This document shows, piece by piece, positions 11,813 through 26,235 of a DNA stretch of 64,000 nucleotides (positions within the stretch are counted from its first letter, which is position 1; each line of letters starts with the position of its first letter). The DNA lies in the NCBI RefSeq assembly GCF_009914755.1, contig NC_060926.1. One strand, 5' to 3'. The position numbers and the translations under genes are program-made. This stretch comes from the human T2T-CHM13v2.0 reference genome, Homo sapiens. The notes beneath the pieces were generated by a model, which had not been told where the DNA came from, made no database searches, and saw nothing but the letters and a program-made list of their open reading frames with translations.

Positions 11813-14800
11813 TCTTAGAGGCTACTGCCTGGGAAATGGCTGAGTTTGAAACTCATCAAGCATATCACCCCTGTATAACTATGCATATACATTACCTAAT
11901 AGAGTAGGCAACTAGTAGCAAAGTTACCTGATAATGCAAATAATACTCTAGATCATTTAATTAATTTGGGGATGAGTTATGCATTTTTTCCTAACACATA
12001 CAAATGGGAGGTGATTTGGTTTAGGCTATTGAAATAAGTTTGATTCCATACAAAAACAAACATACAAACTGTTCTATTTGTATACCATGCATACAAACTA
12101 TTGGGCGCTGTGCTAAGTTCTGCACATACAAGCATGGATAAGGCTACCTATGCTGTAAAGTTGCTCACTGTCTGGCACTGGCCACAGGTATGCTCGATGA
12201 GGGAAAGAGTCTAGTGTAAATGGTCCAAGTGTGGATGTACAGGAATAATTATGTCTACTACTAAAGTGGTGTGGACCTCTAGAAAGGAGCCTGGCTTAAG
12301 TCTTATTGATTGCTTTAGTCTCTTAATTATGCCCTGTAAGTGAACCTCAATAAATAATTATGAAGATATTCATTTCCACTTTAATTTCACACTGATTAAA
12401 ATAGATTTTTTAAATGAAAAACCTACTGGTAATTTCCAAGTGAATTTAACTTTTTTCACCCTTCACATCTTACCTTATGGACTCTTTTACCTTTAATCAT
12501 CATTAATATTTTTAATATGACTGCCTTCATTTTTACTTCAAGTGCCATGTTGAGTATATTTCTAAAGTAAAACAAAAGAGTTTTAGATGTTCTTTTAATT
12601 CTGATATAGTAATAAATCAAACATAAATGTTATTGGTTTTTATTTCAGACCTATTTTACCTAATTTTATATTCCTTTTTATTGACATTCAGTTGATTTCA
12701 TGCATTTATTTTTCACTCAATTAGAATTAGGAGTTTATGAAGATCAAATAAATCAAATAACATCATTAGTATCTCTGATTATAATTGTATTTTATTGTGA
12801 AAAACTCATAGAATGTTCACATATATTATCTCCTCTATCATTCTAGTGTGATCATAGAAGAAGCATTGAAACTAGCCTTGGAGGATCTAGTTTTATTTCA
12901 AGCTCCTCCAATTGAGAAATTACCTAGTCTTCTCAACTATAAAATGGAAAATTATTCTCCCTGCTTTGCTTAACTCATGAAGTGCTATAAAATATTGAAA
13001 TGAGCAATGTCTTTGATATGAATTAGGTTTTAAATTTATATCTGATAATGTAACATATAAATATTGCAAAATAAATGTGACAAGTACCCAAAAGGATGAA
13101 GAAGCAGAACACCAATGAGCCATCTCTTTTAGAATTTGGTTGTATTTTCTTCTAAGGCTTTTCTATTCAATTTCTCTACAATGTAAATTTGATATATCAT
13201 CAATATTTTTCTATGCCATTATTTTTCCCCACATAGGTTTTAATGGCTGCTAATGTCTCAATTACTTACGATGTTTCTCTATTTTTTTTGTTGACTAAAG
13301 TTCATCAAGAGTTTGTTTGCACTTCAATTTTTTTATCAATTATTTCTTCACCTAGTGTTTGCATACAAAGTGATTGCTTTAGAATTATGCATTTGAATAT
13401 GAAATTTGTTTTAATATTCCTGACACCTTCTGCCAATTTAATTCCTCCCCAAAAATATTATCACTGAATCAATTTATAATTTCACTAAGTATAATAAATT
13501 AAAAACACAAATGTTACTCTTTAACATCTTATACAAATATAAGACAAAGTTTCTTATATTTAGTAGTAACAAATAATTTACTTCTTAATTTTTATCAGAT
13601 TGTATTAGACTTTTCTCAATCCAACCATAATATACGTTTAGATTGCAGGAAAGAAACAGAAATAGATATCACCAAAGCCTTTAAAACACTTCTATAAAAT
13701 AAAAGATATGAAAACAACAGCACAGGGAAAGGTCAACGTTGTGAGCAGAACAAAGACTGAAAGAAATAACTAACTTTGGAATGCTCAACTAGTCAATGCT
13801 CTTGCTTACTCCTGTTAAAATCTAATGTATGTTGATTGAGAGAAGTAAAAAATTATCTCCTCAGATAAAAATATTTGAATCTATATTCTATGAAAGAAAG
13901 AGTACTTTTATATTATATTACTTTCTAATAGTTTAGGGGATAATTTGGGAGACTTTCTTAGCAGCCTGTTGGGATGAGAAGAAAACTAGGGTAATAGAGT
14001 GCTAAGTTAAATATTACATTTATATACTGAATAATTTTGTCACATGAACCAAAATATTTTATGACATCTGATCCCAGCTGGCCCCATTGTTTATTTTGAT
14101 CCCTCGTAAGCATGAAATGAAAGTACAATGAAAGATTAAAATTTGCACCAATTACTCTACATCCTTGTGGAAGCTTAGGGTTTTATCAGGTCCTAGGAAT
14201 TATTAAAAAGGATTTAGGGAAAAAAATAACTACTCCTTTATTGGAAATATAGATGTTTAAGCACAAGTTTAAGTATTTGATTCTCATGCTTATTGGTAAG
14301 TGGGTTCTTTGGCAGCAAAACAAATCATTTGCCCATACTAAGCAGAACATTATATTTTTCTTATTCCTTAAAAATGACACAAATTGTTTGTGTTTCATCG
14401 ACTCTGCAGGATTTTAGTAAGCTTCCATGTCTAGAGCCTAAGCCAGCATAAAGTCTTAAAGTAACAATTTCTTCTCTACAGAAAGCCACATCTTCATACC
14501 CAAACACAGGTTCAGATGATTGTAATAGTGTGCGGTATCCACCAAACTTCCCATTTTTATCAGTAAAAACTTTAATTACATTCAGCATTTAATTATTCAT
14601 CACTCTGATAGAAAAGCATTTGTGCCTCTGCTTCCTTTCTCTTTCCTCTGCTTTCTATTTTGGTTATAGTGCATAGAATAAGGAAGAAAGGAGAGAAACT
14701 CATAGCATTTCATTTCCTTTGGGTTCCTAAACCTACAAAATGATTAACCTAATAAAGCCATTAGATTTTATAATTTAAAAAAATCAGACGTGAAGATTTC

Positions 14801-15175
14801 AGCTATTCATGCTCATATTTGTAAATGTAAAAAAAACCTTATTTTTATTACTTATCTTTATTAATTTTATAATCTATGGAAAATGTAATTAACACAGATC
14901 TAAATACTAACAGTGTAGATATTGTGTTATTTGAACATTATAAATAATAGCTTAGAACTAAGCTGTGGTCTCTGAAACATTCTTAGGAGTTTTTCCTCCA
15001 AGGCCCTTGATTATTTGCCAAGTAAGATTAAATAGAATCCTGATGTATCCAAAGAAAAAAATAGAAGGAATGATGTTTCCAGAACTTTGAGAGAAATTGT
15101 TTATGAAGGGCAGTCCAAAAATTCACAGGAAAACATGGTACATAAACATGGAGCTTGAAATCAGGAAACATGTAC

Positions 15176-15501
15176 TATTTTAATTTATTTTATTTTATTA
15201 TTATTATTATTTTTTTTTTGAGATGGAGTCTCGCTCTGTCACCCAGGCTGGAGTTACAGTGGCGCCATCTTGGCCTACCGCAAGCTCCGCCTCCCGGATT
15301 CACGCCATTCCCCTGCCTCAGCCTCCCAAGTAGCTGGGACTACAGGTGCCCGCCACCATGCCCGGCTAATTTTTTGTATTTTTAATAGAGACTGGGTTTC
15401 ACCGTGTTAGCCAGGATGGTCTCGTTCTCCTGACCTCGTGATCCGCCTGCCTCAGCCTCCCAAAGTGCTGGGATTACAGGCGTGAGCCACCACTCCCCGC
15501 T
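15176..15501 (-). mobile_element. AluY-like
   Basis: Diagnostic gcaagctccgcc, cacgccattc, ttagccaggatgg, gacctcgtgatcc; degenerate TSD aggaaacatgtact / aggaaaaatgtatt. Confidence 0.95.
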
Positions 15502-15568
15502 AGGAAAAATGTATTTCTAATTAACTACCCCAAATCTTTTGCTGTATAAGGTATATGGACGAATGGAA

Positions 15569-15570
<2 letters not shown>

Positions 15571-15622
<52 letters not shown>
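15571..15622. repeat. (AGAT)13 tetranucleotide STR followed by a GA-rich purine tract to ~15684
   Basis: Seen directly. Confidence 0.95.
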
Positions 15623-15630
<8 letters not shown>

Positions 15631-15909
15631 AGGAAAGGAGAGGAGAGAAGAGGAGAGGAGAGGAAAGGAAGAAAGAAAGAAAGATGACTTTTTTATCCAT
15701 GCTACCAACTAGTTAGGGGTCCTTGAACAAGGGACTTAAACACATTGCAACTAAATTTTTTGACCAAAACTGTAGGGATTTTAGAGCTCTGAAATATTAC
15801 ATATCTGAAAATTAATTGGACCCAGAAAACAATAAAAATGAAGCAACTTATAATCTTGGTAAACAGAGATGTTTCTCCTTTTTTGATAGATAATATCTAA
15901 AATGTATAC

Positions 15910-16098
15910 TATAAGCTTTGTGCTGGTATTGTTTCAAGACTGTTACATGTATTAACTCACATGATCCACATTTTATAGGTGATGAAACTGAGGCACAGAG
16001 TTTAAGTGACTCAATGACAGTCAAACACTGTGGGGCTGGGGTTTGAATCCAATCTAGCTATGAAGTCCAGACTTCTAACAACTAAATTTGGCTGCCTC
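15910..16098. mobile_element. MIR
   Basis: cattttataggtgatgaaactgaggcacagag...taagtgact is the MIR core. Confidence 0.75.
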
Positions 16099-16357
16099 TT
16101 GGGGTCTCATTACCTCTATACAGGGTGATTATCACAGCATGAAATACAGGATATATTGTCTTCTTGGTGAAAATACAGACATTACATTTTAGCATTACTG
16201 AATAATTAAATGTATTCTGTCACAATTTCTGTTGATTTACCAACTTCTGGTGAAAAACTCCAGCATTTTTCCATGTCAAATGCATACTTTTTTGAGACTT
16301 TTACTATTTTACATAGTTACAAAGCTTCATATCTTAAATTCTAAAATACTATCACAA

Positions 16358-16486
16358 ACTAGGCACTGTAGCATGCACCTGTCATCCTGAGACAGGAAGA
16401 TAGCTGGAGGCCAAGAGTTCGAGATTATCCTGGGCAGTATAGTGAGACCCAGTCTCAAAGTATAACTAACCAAATAAATAAATAAA
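16358..16486 (+). mobile_element. FLAM (free left Alu monomer)
   Basis: Single diverged Alu monomer with A-rich tail; TSD aaaatactatca on both sides. Confidence 0.8.
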
Positions 16487-16679
16487 ATACTATCAAACTC
16501 AACCCCTAAAACTCCTATTAGATGATAGAGCCTTTGAAAATCTTGCAATTAGTGAAATCATCTTTGTTACTCATCAATTTAGCAGGTGCGAGCAAAGAAC
16601 ATTTTTGGAATTTCAGAAATAAAATTGCAGATAATTTTAACTTTCAAATAGATTGTTCTGTGGCTATAGAGATACATTA

Positions 16680-18200
16680 CTCATTTGTTTGTTATTCAGT
16701 AAATATCCATTAATAGTCTAATACTATTAAACCAATGTATTGGGTATGCTTATAGAAGTGGTGAAAAGTACACAAATAAATATAATACTATATACAATAA
16801 GAATTGGCCAGTTCCTTGAGATACACAGTGATAAGGGCTTATAGAAGAAGGTGGAAGGGGAAGAATATGTCTTGATTGAGGGAGCAGGGGGACGGGGCAG
16901 TGGTGTTGAAGGCAGGCTGCCTAGAGTGTATAACATTTGTATTAGACTAAGAATAATCAAATTTGAACATATAAGGGGAGTTTTCAAAGAAAAATCCAGG
17001 TGACCAATGGATGTGAACAAATATACCAAGGCACAAAAATGTAAAGCATTTACCAGTAACAGCTAAACACTTTACATGCAGGGAAATAGTTAAAGGGGGT
17101 TGAGAGGAGCTCGTTGGGTAGCCCCATTGTTTATTTTGATCCCTCGTAATCAAATGGCTAGATTACTGATGCCAGGATAAGAAGCTAGATTTATTTCCTT
17201 AACATAGATTTTTGAACATCTATTAACATTTTTAGAGGATCATCAATTTAGAGAAATTAATCTGGCTATGGTTTTTAGGATAAATTTCAGAAGCAGAAGA
17301 ATCTAGAGGCATCCAGATCCTCTCAGCATCTAGGCATCTTAGCATCTAAGAGGACCCCATTATTAGCAAACATAGAAGACTAAAAGTATCACTATGATAA
17401 CAGAGATGAGTCAAAAATACTTCAGAAAAAAAAAGAAGTATTTTGGAAATAATTGAATTAGGCATAAAAAATGTGGTTTTTCATTTTATATTAAGAGACT
17501 GGAAAGAAATATAAGACATTAAAAGAGAGACAGATAAGTAGCAAATTTTCAGGTCTATGATGTACACACTGAACAGAGTCAAAGGAGTTTTTTGGAGGAA
17601 TCATCTAGTGAGTAACTGCAAAAGCACAACTTATGCAGAGGAAACAAGTATGGAAACACAGATTAGGAGTGAACCATAAAGGTGACAGTGAAAGGTATGT
17701 GATGAATGATCTGATCTTACCCACACAAAGAGCATAGAAAGAGAAAAGTGCCCCTGAGAGACCCTTGGGAGGACTAATTTCAGATGAGAGAAGAAATTAT
17801 TAAATGCATATATCCACAAAATAATATTATAATGGTATATTGCACCCACGTGATAGATATGAAACTAAGAGCTTGTCCAAAGTCTGACAGCAAGGAAAAA
17901 GGAGGGGAAGGGGATGTCAATAAGAATCATAAAATTAACAATCAGATTAGTAGAAGGGAAACCTCTACAGAACAATGCAATAGGAGCTAGAAACAAAAAT
18001 GATTTCAAGCAGGAAGCCTGATGTATTGTGCTATATACTTTCAGAGGAAAAAGTTAAGGACAGGTTATTGGAGTTCAAAATCAATGGGGACCTTTCAGAA
18101 AGAAGTTATTGTAGAGGCGGGAGCAGGATCTAGCTTCTAGTTGAAGGTTAAAAGTTGCTAAGGGGGTATGTAGAAAGCATCCTTTCAAGAAGGTTACCAG
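16680..18200 (+). mobile_element. Highly diverged L2 relic
   Basis: Starts cattactcatttgtttgttattcagtaaatat, with later L2-like purine-rich segments (gagaaattaatctggcta). Strand is given by the purine-rich reading; limits approximate. Confidence 0.5.
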
Positions 18201-18547
18201 GGAAGGGAATAGAAAATATATGTGTCTGGTTTAACAGAGTAGTAAGGTGGAATGAAAATGTTTTTTGGTTTAGGATAGAACTTAATTCAGCAGGCTTGTA
18301 AGCTCAAGGGAACAATCTAGAAATCCAAGGCATAAAACATAAATGTTAATAGTCGATGAGCAAGGGCCTGAAAGAGTAGTTAGGAGTCTGTTGAGGCCAC
18401 AAGCATGAATGCTAGACCACAATGAGAGGAAAGGAGCTATTCTTTTCTATGAGACAAGAGGAGAGAGGAGGCCATGAGGAAGACACATTTTTAAACATGT
18501 TGAGCTAGAGATTGAAGGAGTTTAGATTTCATGATTGAGATAATTTA

Positions 18548-18920
<373 letters not shown>

Positions 18921-20740
18921 TTAAAAATAAGGTAAACAAATAGAGAGCAGGATTGTTAGCAGTTTGTGAATTAAGCAGAGAATCAATAATGTGGACTTGT
19001 CCTATAACCAGTTAACCACATCTTATTACTTTCCCAGTGTCTTAATAGCAGAAGTAAATGAAGTGAAAGGTAGATTCACCCAAGCACCAAAATTTAAAAA
19101 AAAAAGCGAGAGAGATAATTGGAAATTGCAGAAAAGCAAGCACAGAGAACCAAAGTTCCTAAGCTAGTGTTTTGCTGACATGGCAGAGCCTTGGAAATGG
19201 ATTGGAAGAAGGGAAGAAGAAATTCCTGAAAGTTGTTATTAATGTGAGACTATGGATTAACTAAGGAACCATAATCACCAATAAAGGATAAAATGACTTC
19301 TTATGAAAATAGGAGGGGTTAAAGAGTAAGAAGTTATGCTCTGAGGCAAATTTCAGTCAGCATCTTGGATATGAGGTAGTTCTAAATGGTTTTGAAACCT
19401 AAAGTGAGGGTATATAGAGAGAGAGGAGCCCAAATTAAATGAAGGATAGCAAGGATTTTACTTAAATGATTAACATCAATAACAACAACAACAAAGATAA
19501 ATTACCTACCCTTATTAACTGTTGGTTATGTATTGAGAACTGTGTTAAGTGCTTTACTTCTGTTAACTCAGTTCATCTTTCCTACTTACTATGTGTGGTA
19601 GGTAGTGTTCACAGTCATTGAGCTGACTATTCCCCTCTCGTTCAATTGACTGTTTGGTTGCTTGGTTTGACATTGTTTAGACACAACCTTGAAAAGCAAA
19701 TAATTTCAGTTAATTTAACCATAATCAAGATTTTTCATTTTCTAGATGCTCTGAACACTTAAGGTGCACATGGGCATATGTAAATATTTTATTAGGCATA
19801 TTACAGGGCAGTTAACTTAGAACAGAACGTGTTGCATAACATTGGCTATGGCTATAGGTATTAAACATTATAAGGCAGAGTCTCCAATCTGAGAGAGCTA
19901 ACTGATATTGCAAACACAAAAAAAACTATCCAGGAGTATCTGTCTTCAGAAAATACAGGAGTTTCTTGAAGAATTGTAATTTTATTTTATTATTTTTATT
20001 ATTTTCAAGCATAAGTAAAAGTTATTTGAGTCTTTCTTAATAGTATAAATAGCCACTTATACATTTCTCACATAGAAGAATGATGACCAACTGTAAGCCG
20101 AAATTCAATACATGTTATTTAAATTAAAATGTGCCAGTACTTTATCAGTAAGTAGATAAGTAGATGGGCACTCTGAACTGATTATTAAAAATGCATCACT
20201 TAACAATATTAAGCATTTGGTTACATTATGATAGGATAATTGCAGCAATTTTGGTTCCTAATTTTATCAATCAAATAGACTCTCCAGCACTGTAATATGT
20301 TATATAGTTATTGCCATAGTGTTCCAAAACCCACATCAGGTGAGGGTCATGGCTACTTCCTAATTACCATCTGTTTAGCTTTGTTAGTGTTTCTCATTAT
20401 AACTCAGAAGGTCAATGATACTGTTCATGATAGGAACCCAGCAAGGCGAAAAGTAATAAAATAGCTCTGAGACTAAGCAAGGCTCTGCTACTCCAACTGA
20501 TGGACAGTTAATTACCTGAGCATAAAACAGTGAGAGCACTGGGAGAAATAGAGAACTTTGCAATATGGTAGATGTCCAAGTACAATATTATTTGGTGGTT
20601 TTTCAATGAACAATTCTGTTTAATTAAAACATGAGCATAACCTTTGTCAGAGGAGAATGTAATTTTGACAAAAGCAAAACATTTGGTTTTTAACAGCCTC
20701 ACAGACTACTTAGATGAGCATTCCAAATCTAAGTTTCTAT

Positions 20741-20925
20741 AGCAGTTTCTCACCCTTGGCAGTACATTAGAAGTACATAGAAACTTTATATAATACCAAA
20801 GTCGGGCCCCACCCCAAGCCAATTAAATCTAAATCTGTGGAGGGTGGAAATTAAACATGCCCATCTTTTTTTTTAAAGGTGGCTCAGATACTGCTTTTGT
20901 GCTTTGAAGGTTACAAACCACTATA
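20741..20925. mobile_element. MER5-family DNA transposon
   Basis: cagtttctcacccttggcagtacattagaa...gggccccacccc...aattaaatc...ggttacaaaccact. Confidence 0.6.
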
Positions 20926-21861
20926 TTACAACTAACATTCAAAAGTCATCATTGCCATTATGGATCTATTTGTGAACAACTACAATCTTCTTTTTAACCT
21001 TTAATTTGCACTGCTTTTATATGGAAAGACTTGTGTAGCTCACTCATTAACCATTGTCTTTAATTTGTCTTTTAAATTATCAACTAATTAATCTTTTAAA
21101 AACTTCACATCTGACTTCTCAGCTCCCATGGAGGAATTTTGAACGTGAAACCAAAAGGCATTTATTCCTAGAAAAAAGTTTTAGAATCCCTTCGAAGTGT
21201 CCTTTCAAACCTCTGAATAACAGAAATCCCATAAATCCTATGGGATATATGTTTGTCCATAGAATTAGATGATTAATTCTATCATTTTAATTAGTAAAGA
21301 GAAGAATAAACAATTAGATGTAAAGCCCTTATGTTAAAAAAATACCTTTGTAACTATCGCTAGATACTTATTTTCTATAAACATTTTATAGAATTTAATT
21401 TTTTTTATTTTTAAATAGGCTATGGATCTTTTCATAGTGAAACCATGTCCACAGATTTCTAGAGTTTACATAAAAATGATTTACATTATGTGACCTAAGT
21501 TGACACCTGATAGTTTCATGACCAGCTAACCACTTCAAGGACAGTGCAAAGGGCAGAAACCTCTCTTCGCTATGATTTTCAGAGGGAATATAGAAGTACC
21601 AGTCTTCCATGGCCAGTGTCACTTTCATCTATCTATTTGATCACCTGTAAAAAAAAAAAACAAAAACTAATATGAGTTTTAAAGAAAATGTGAAAAAAAT
21701 GCTATTTCTTAATTTTAAAACTTCTTACACCTTGACTTTGTGTTTTTAGTTTGAGATTTTTTAAATATTTAGAATGTCTCAAAAATACGTGCTACAGTCT
21801 CATTAAACTCCATACATTGTTTTCAAAAGATATTCTTTTCTTTTTGTTTTTTTTCAACTAG

Positions 21862-21979
21862 GACCCCTACTATGGCTGGTGGCCTATTTTCTATTGACAG
21901 AAACTACTTTGAAGAGATAGGAACTTACGATGCAGGAATGGATATCTGGGGTGGAGAGAATCTTGAAATGTCTTTTAGG
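21862..21979 (+). CDS. GALNT13: GALNT13 internal coding exon (118 nt, phase 2 to 0) with the WGGENLE motif
   Basis: Long poly-T tract + tag acceptor, AGG/gtaatt donor. Translates [39 protein letters not shown] (Gal/GalNAc-T motif). Not present in the ORF track. Confidence 0.97.
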
Positions 21980-22702
21980 GTAATTGCATTTTATTTTATT
22001 TTTTGATGCTGAACATACAATGCTGTAGCATGCACATACCAGTCCCAGTAATTTACTGTCAAATCATTTTTGCTGAGTGATGCAAATTACTGATCAATTG
22101 GTTATCTTAATTCACATTTTGATTTGACAGAGTCCTATTGCATGCAATATTTTCTTCTAAATGGGAAATTATAGGTAATTTTTGTTTTCAAAAATATTGT
22201 TTTTATTCACAGTAAAAATACATTAGGACTTTCAATTGCTGAAATAAAGAAGGGTTTTATTTTTTAATAACGTGTTGCTCTATAAAATCACTTTGTGTTT
22301 TTGAACTGAAACTTGGAAGTATTTATGTAATCTGAATTTGCAACTACTGCCTCAGGTTGTTCTCAGAAAACTTTAAGAATGAACTGTGGTCAAATGAATT
22401 TGGATAATTCTGCAAGTAGTATGACCATTTTCACTAACATTATTGTTGGATAAGTCAGTTTGAATAAAGCAACTTCATTTAATAAATGGCCTTCCATGTA
22501 AATAAAAATTGAGGAATAAGTCCTTACGAATATGTTATTAGGAAAGTTTAATAATAATTTAAATAATATTTTGTTATATTCAAAAAATTTAAAAATGAAC
22601 ACATAAGTTTTCTTTCATGCTAAGAAATTGATAAGCACTAACATAGTGGTTTTGTTTTTCAAATCACTGCTTTTTTTTCTACCTAAAATTCAGTGTAAAC
22701 TA

Positions 22703-23025
22703 TTTGTGAGTGTTTTTTGTTATTGTTGTTGTTGTTTTTTGAGACAGAATTTCCATCACCCAGGCTGGAGTGGTACAGTGGTGCAATTTCAGGGCTCACT
22801 GCAGCCTAGACCTCCAGGGCTCGGGTGATCCTCCCACCTCAGCCTCCCTTGTGGCTGGGACTAGAGGTGTGCAACACTACTCCTAGCTATTTTTTTTTCT
22901 ATTTTTTGTAGAGACAGGGTTTTGCCATGTTGCCCAGGGTGGTCTCAAATTCCTGAGCTCAAGCAATCCACCCCCCTCTGCCTCCCAAAGAGTTGCGATT
23001 ACAGGCATGAGCCACCACACCCAGC
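22703..23025 (-). mobile_element. AluJ
   Basis: tcctgagctcaagcaatcc and cactgcagcctagacctcc are J diagnostics; TSD ttcagtgtaaa. Confidence 0.92.
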
Positions 23026-25999
23026 TTCAGTGTAAAATATATGAAACATTCCATCTTCGCCCAAAATATTTGTACAATAAAATTATTAGAGTTTAGATGT
23101 ATTTATCTATGAAGTTTAAAAATTATGCCTTTTAATTTCTCATTTCAAAAGTAAAGTTTGTTTTTCATTATCATAATATAAATACGTGTGATGTTGTGTA
23201 AGAAAATGTTAAAATTTGAGAATGAGTTACCTTGAATTTCTCTACTGTAGAATTCAGTGGATCTTGGATAAATTATTTTAAAATCAGTAGGATGGCCTAG
23301 TTATATTACTATTTTGCCTGTAAACTTTCCTGATAGCCAGATGTCTGAGACAAACCTTAGTTAATGGAATTTTATTATTTTTGCATTTGTCTATATGCTT
23401 ATATTCTCATGAAACTTGCCAAACCAAACTCAGCACCACACTCAGGAATATCTTCTTGCCTTCAGGTCCATGGACAGTAACTCTTTGCAGGAATTTTGAG
23501 GACATTTGAGAACCCAAAATTATTACCTGTTATGGTTCTTATGGTGAAAGAAATAAGAGGTAACAGAAAAAGAAAAGAAATCAGTATATTCAGAAGTTTA
23601 GAAATAATTTGCTTCTATTCTTAGAAGTAATAATGAGAGAATGTACTCATTCATTAACTGATATTCTTCGGGTGCTATGCTGGGTTACGTAAGAAATAAA
23701 ATCAACACAGAAATACCGCTACTATATAGGATCCTCTTGCTACTTTTTCTCTTGTCTTCCTAAAATTAGAATTCACCTCTTTCCTCCCTACCTGTTAAGC
23801 TTGATTTTCTGCCAATGTACTCCTCTTACTTTTATCACATATCTCCCAGATTGGCGGGATGCTCTTTATCTAACTGGTTGAAAGTAGAATTCAGAAAGAA
23901 TTTAGTGGAATAATATGATAAACAAGGAGGACCTGATCAGGAAATGTAACAGAGGTATAAATGTATAAAAAGGAAGACTTGAGGATATGATAGATGATGC
24001 AGATACCAAGGGTACAGAAGGAATGCAGCTAGGGGCTGTAAGAATAATCAAATCCCTCAAAAATGACACAGGAGGTTTTCTGTGATTGGTTATTGGGATT
24101 ATTAGGAAATAAAATACTTATCAGTGACTATTTTAAAACAATATCAAGTGTTTTAAAATGTATTATTATCTTTAGTTTCCATATGACTTTAATAGAAACA
24201 AAATATGTATTTTGCTTTTTATTAGACTCTTAATTTATGTTTTACTTTCTTCTCTGTGACATGAATATGTTTGCTTAATGGTTTGTACTGTAGCTGAGGT
24301 AGACATTGATAAGGAAAAATGCTAGAATAGTGCATTGACAAAAGATTGAGACCACTCATCTCTCTTTAATTTCATGACTTGATGAAATGAGAATATGTTG
24401 AGCATTTATAATCAGAGGGTTTGAATCTAATATCCAGCTCAATCATTACACAACAAACATACATTGAGCAAGTGATATGTTTCCAGGTGCTGACTTTACA
24501 AAGATGAGTAAAGCATGATGCTTCTTTGCTCTCAAAGAACTGCATTCCTATGACAGAGATGCGTAGGTGTTATTGTCAAGAAAATGTGATAATTTCCTTT
24601 ATAAATTTATGTGTGAGGTTTTTTGTCTCTGTCATGTGAGTATAGGTGAACATAAACTCAACTGTAAAAAGGTGATTATAATAATAGTGAAGTTATTGTG
24701 GTTTTGTAGCTGTGGTCTACATAGGTTCTAGTCTAAGTAAAGAAGATAGAAATATTTAGGGCTTGCAAAATGTTAAGATTCTGACTCACCTCAAGGTATT
24801 TTAAGCCAAACCAAAGGAATACATTGCAAAGACTTATTTGTAACATATCACTTGATCGCTGTACTTAAAGACATTTGAAAATTTTATGAAAGCTGTAGAC
24901 TTCCTAAGGAAGATGTTTCCAACCTTTTAAAGACAACAGATTTAAATACGGTTTCAAAGTGTTTAAAAATCTCTTGAAACCTTAGGAGAAAGATCCTTGG
25001 CATATAATAATAGTGACTATTAGTATTTATAGTAGCTAGTAAGTGGAATAGCTAAGAGTTGACCCGCAGCATTCTGACACCAGGGACTGTGCTGTTAAAT
25101 ACCATACTGTTACCTCCTCATTAAGGTTCATCTCTCCATAACATAACGAACCTAACAGTTGATGGTATTATTAGGAGAAAGAAAGACGCTAACATGCAAA
25201 TACAAGCTTCCTCCACAATTCTGAGATGCTTCTCTCGTCTATAATCTTATCTTCCTCTTATAGGCTATAGCCTCTAATGGAAGATAATACACATTCAATA
25301 GCAGTGAGAATATCAGGTATATCTACCAGAGAACAGCAGTTAGGTCTTAATGCTTCTGAAAGCTGTTTCAAATATTTCTCCCTACTGCATTACACAACAA
25401 TCACTGCAATAACATAAATCCTAACAGCACTGTCTAAACATAAGCATTAATTAATTATGTTTAGACAGTGTTATGTATCTGCTGGGGATACAGTAATGAA
25501 CAGAACAGACAAAACTTTGTGCTCTTATGGAACTTAGATTTTGGAGAAAGAGACAGACAATAAACAAAATAAATAAAATTTATTAAAATATCAGTTATAG
25601 GTGTTAAAGAAAAAATATAAGGAAGGAAAGATTCTATGAAGTGTTGGATTTTGGAGGATACATAGGGGTTGAAATTTTAGACAAGAACTGAGAAATTGAT
25701 ACCCAAATAAAATAGTGATAAAATGAACCAAGAAAATTATGAATTACCATCAAAAAGTATCCTCTATCTTTAAATAATAACCGTGTTTCAGGATAAGTAT
25801 CAACCAACAAGCATCACCACCAAAAGTCCTTGTCTTTTATAAGCAATATCATGGGGAGCAGCATTCCCAAGAGTACAGATCATTTTGCCCATTCTAAAAT
25901 GAAGAAAACTGCCACTATCCAATCAACTCAGAGCATGGGAAAAAATAAATAAAGGAGCTTGATGACAGCAAAGGACACAGAAATCTGTCTCACAGCCAT

Positions 26000-26235
26000 G
26001 AATGGTTACAAGTATGGACTGGGATTCAGATAGCCTGCATTCAACACCCAGCTCTGGCACTTACCATCTGTGTAAGCTTAGGTAAGATAGCACATATTCT
26101 AAGCTTTAGTGTGTCCATCTCTAAAACAGAAAGATAACAGTACTTTCCTCATTTTTAGAGAAAGATTAAATGATATTATGTATATTGTGCTGAGTACTCC
26201 ACTCAGCACATAGTGTGTCATTCATGGCAGCTGTT
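26000..26235. mobile_element. MIR
   Basis: cccagctctggcacttaccatctgtgtaagcttaggtaag...ccatctctaaaa...aagattaaatga. Confidence 0.7.
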
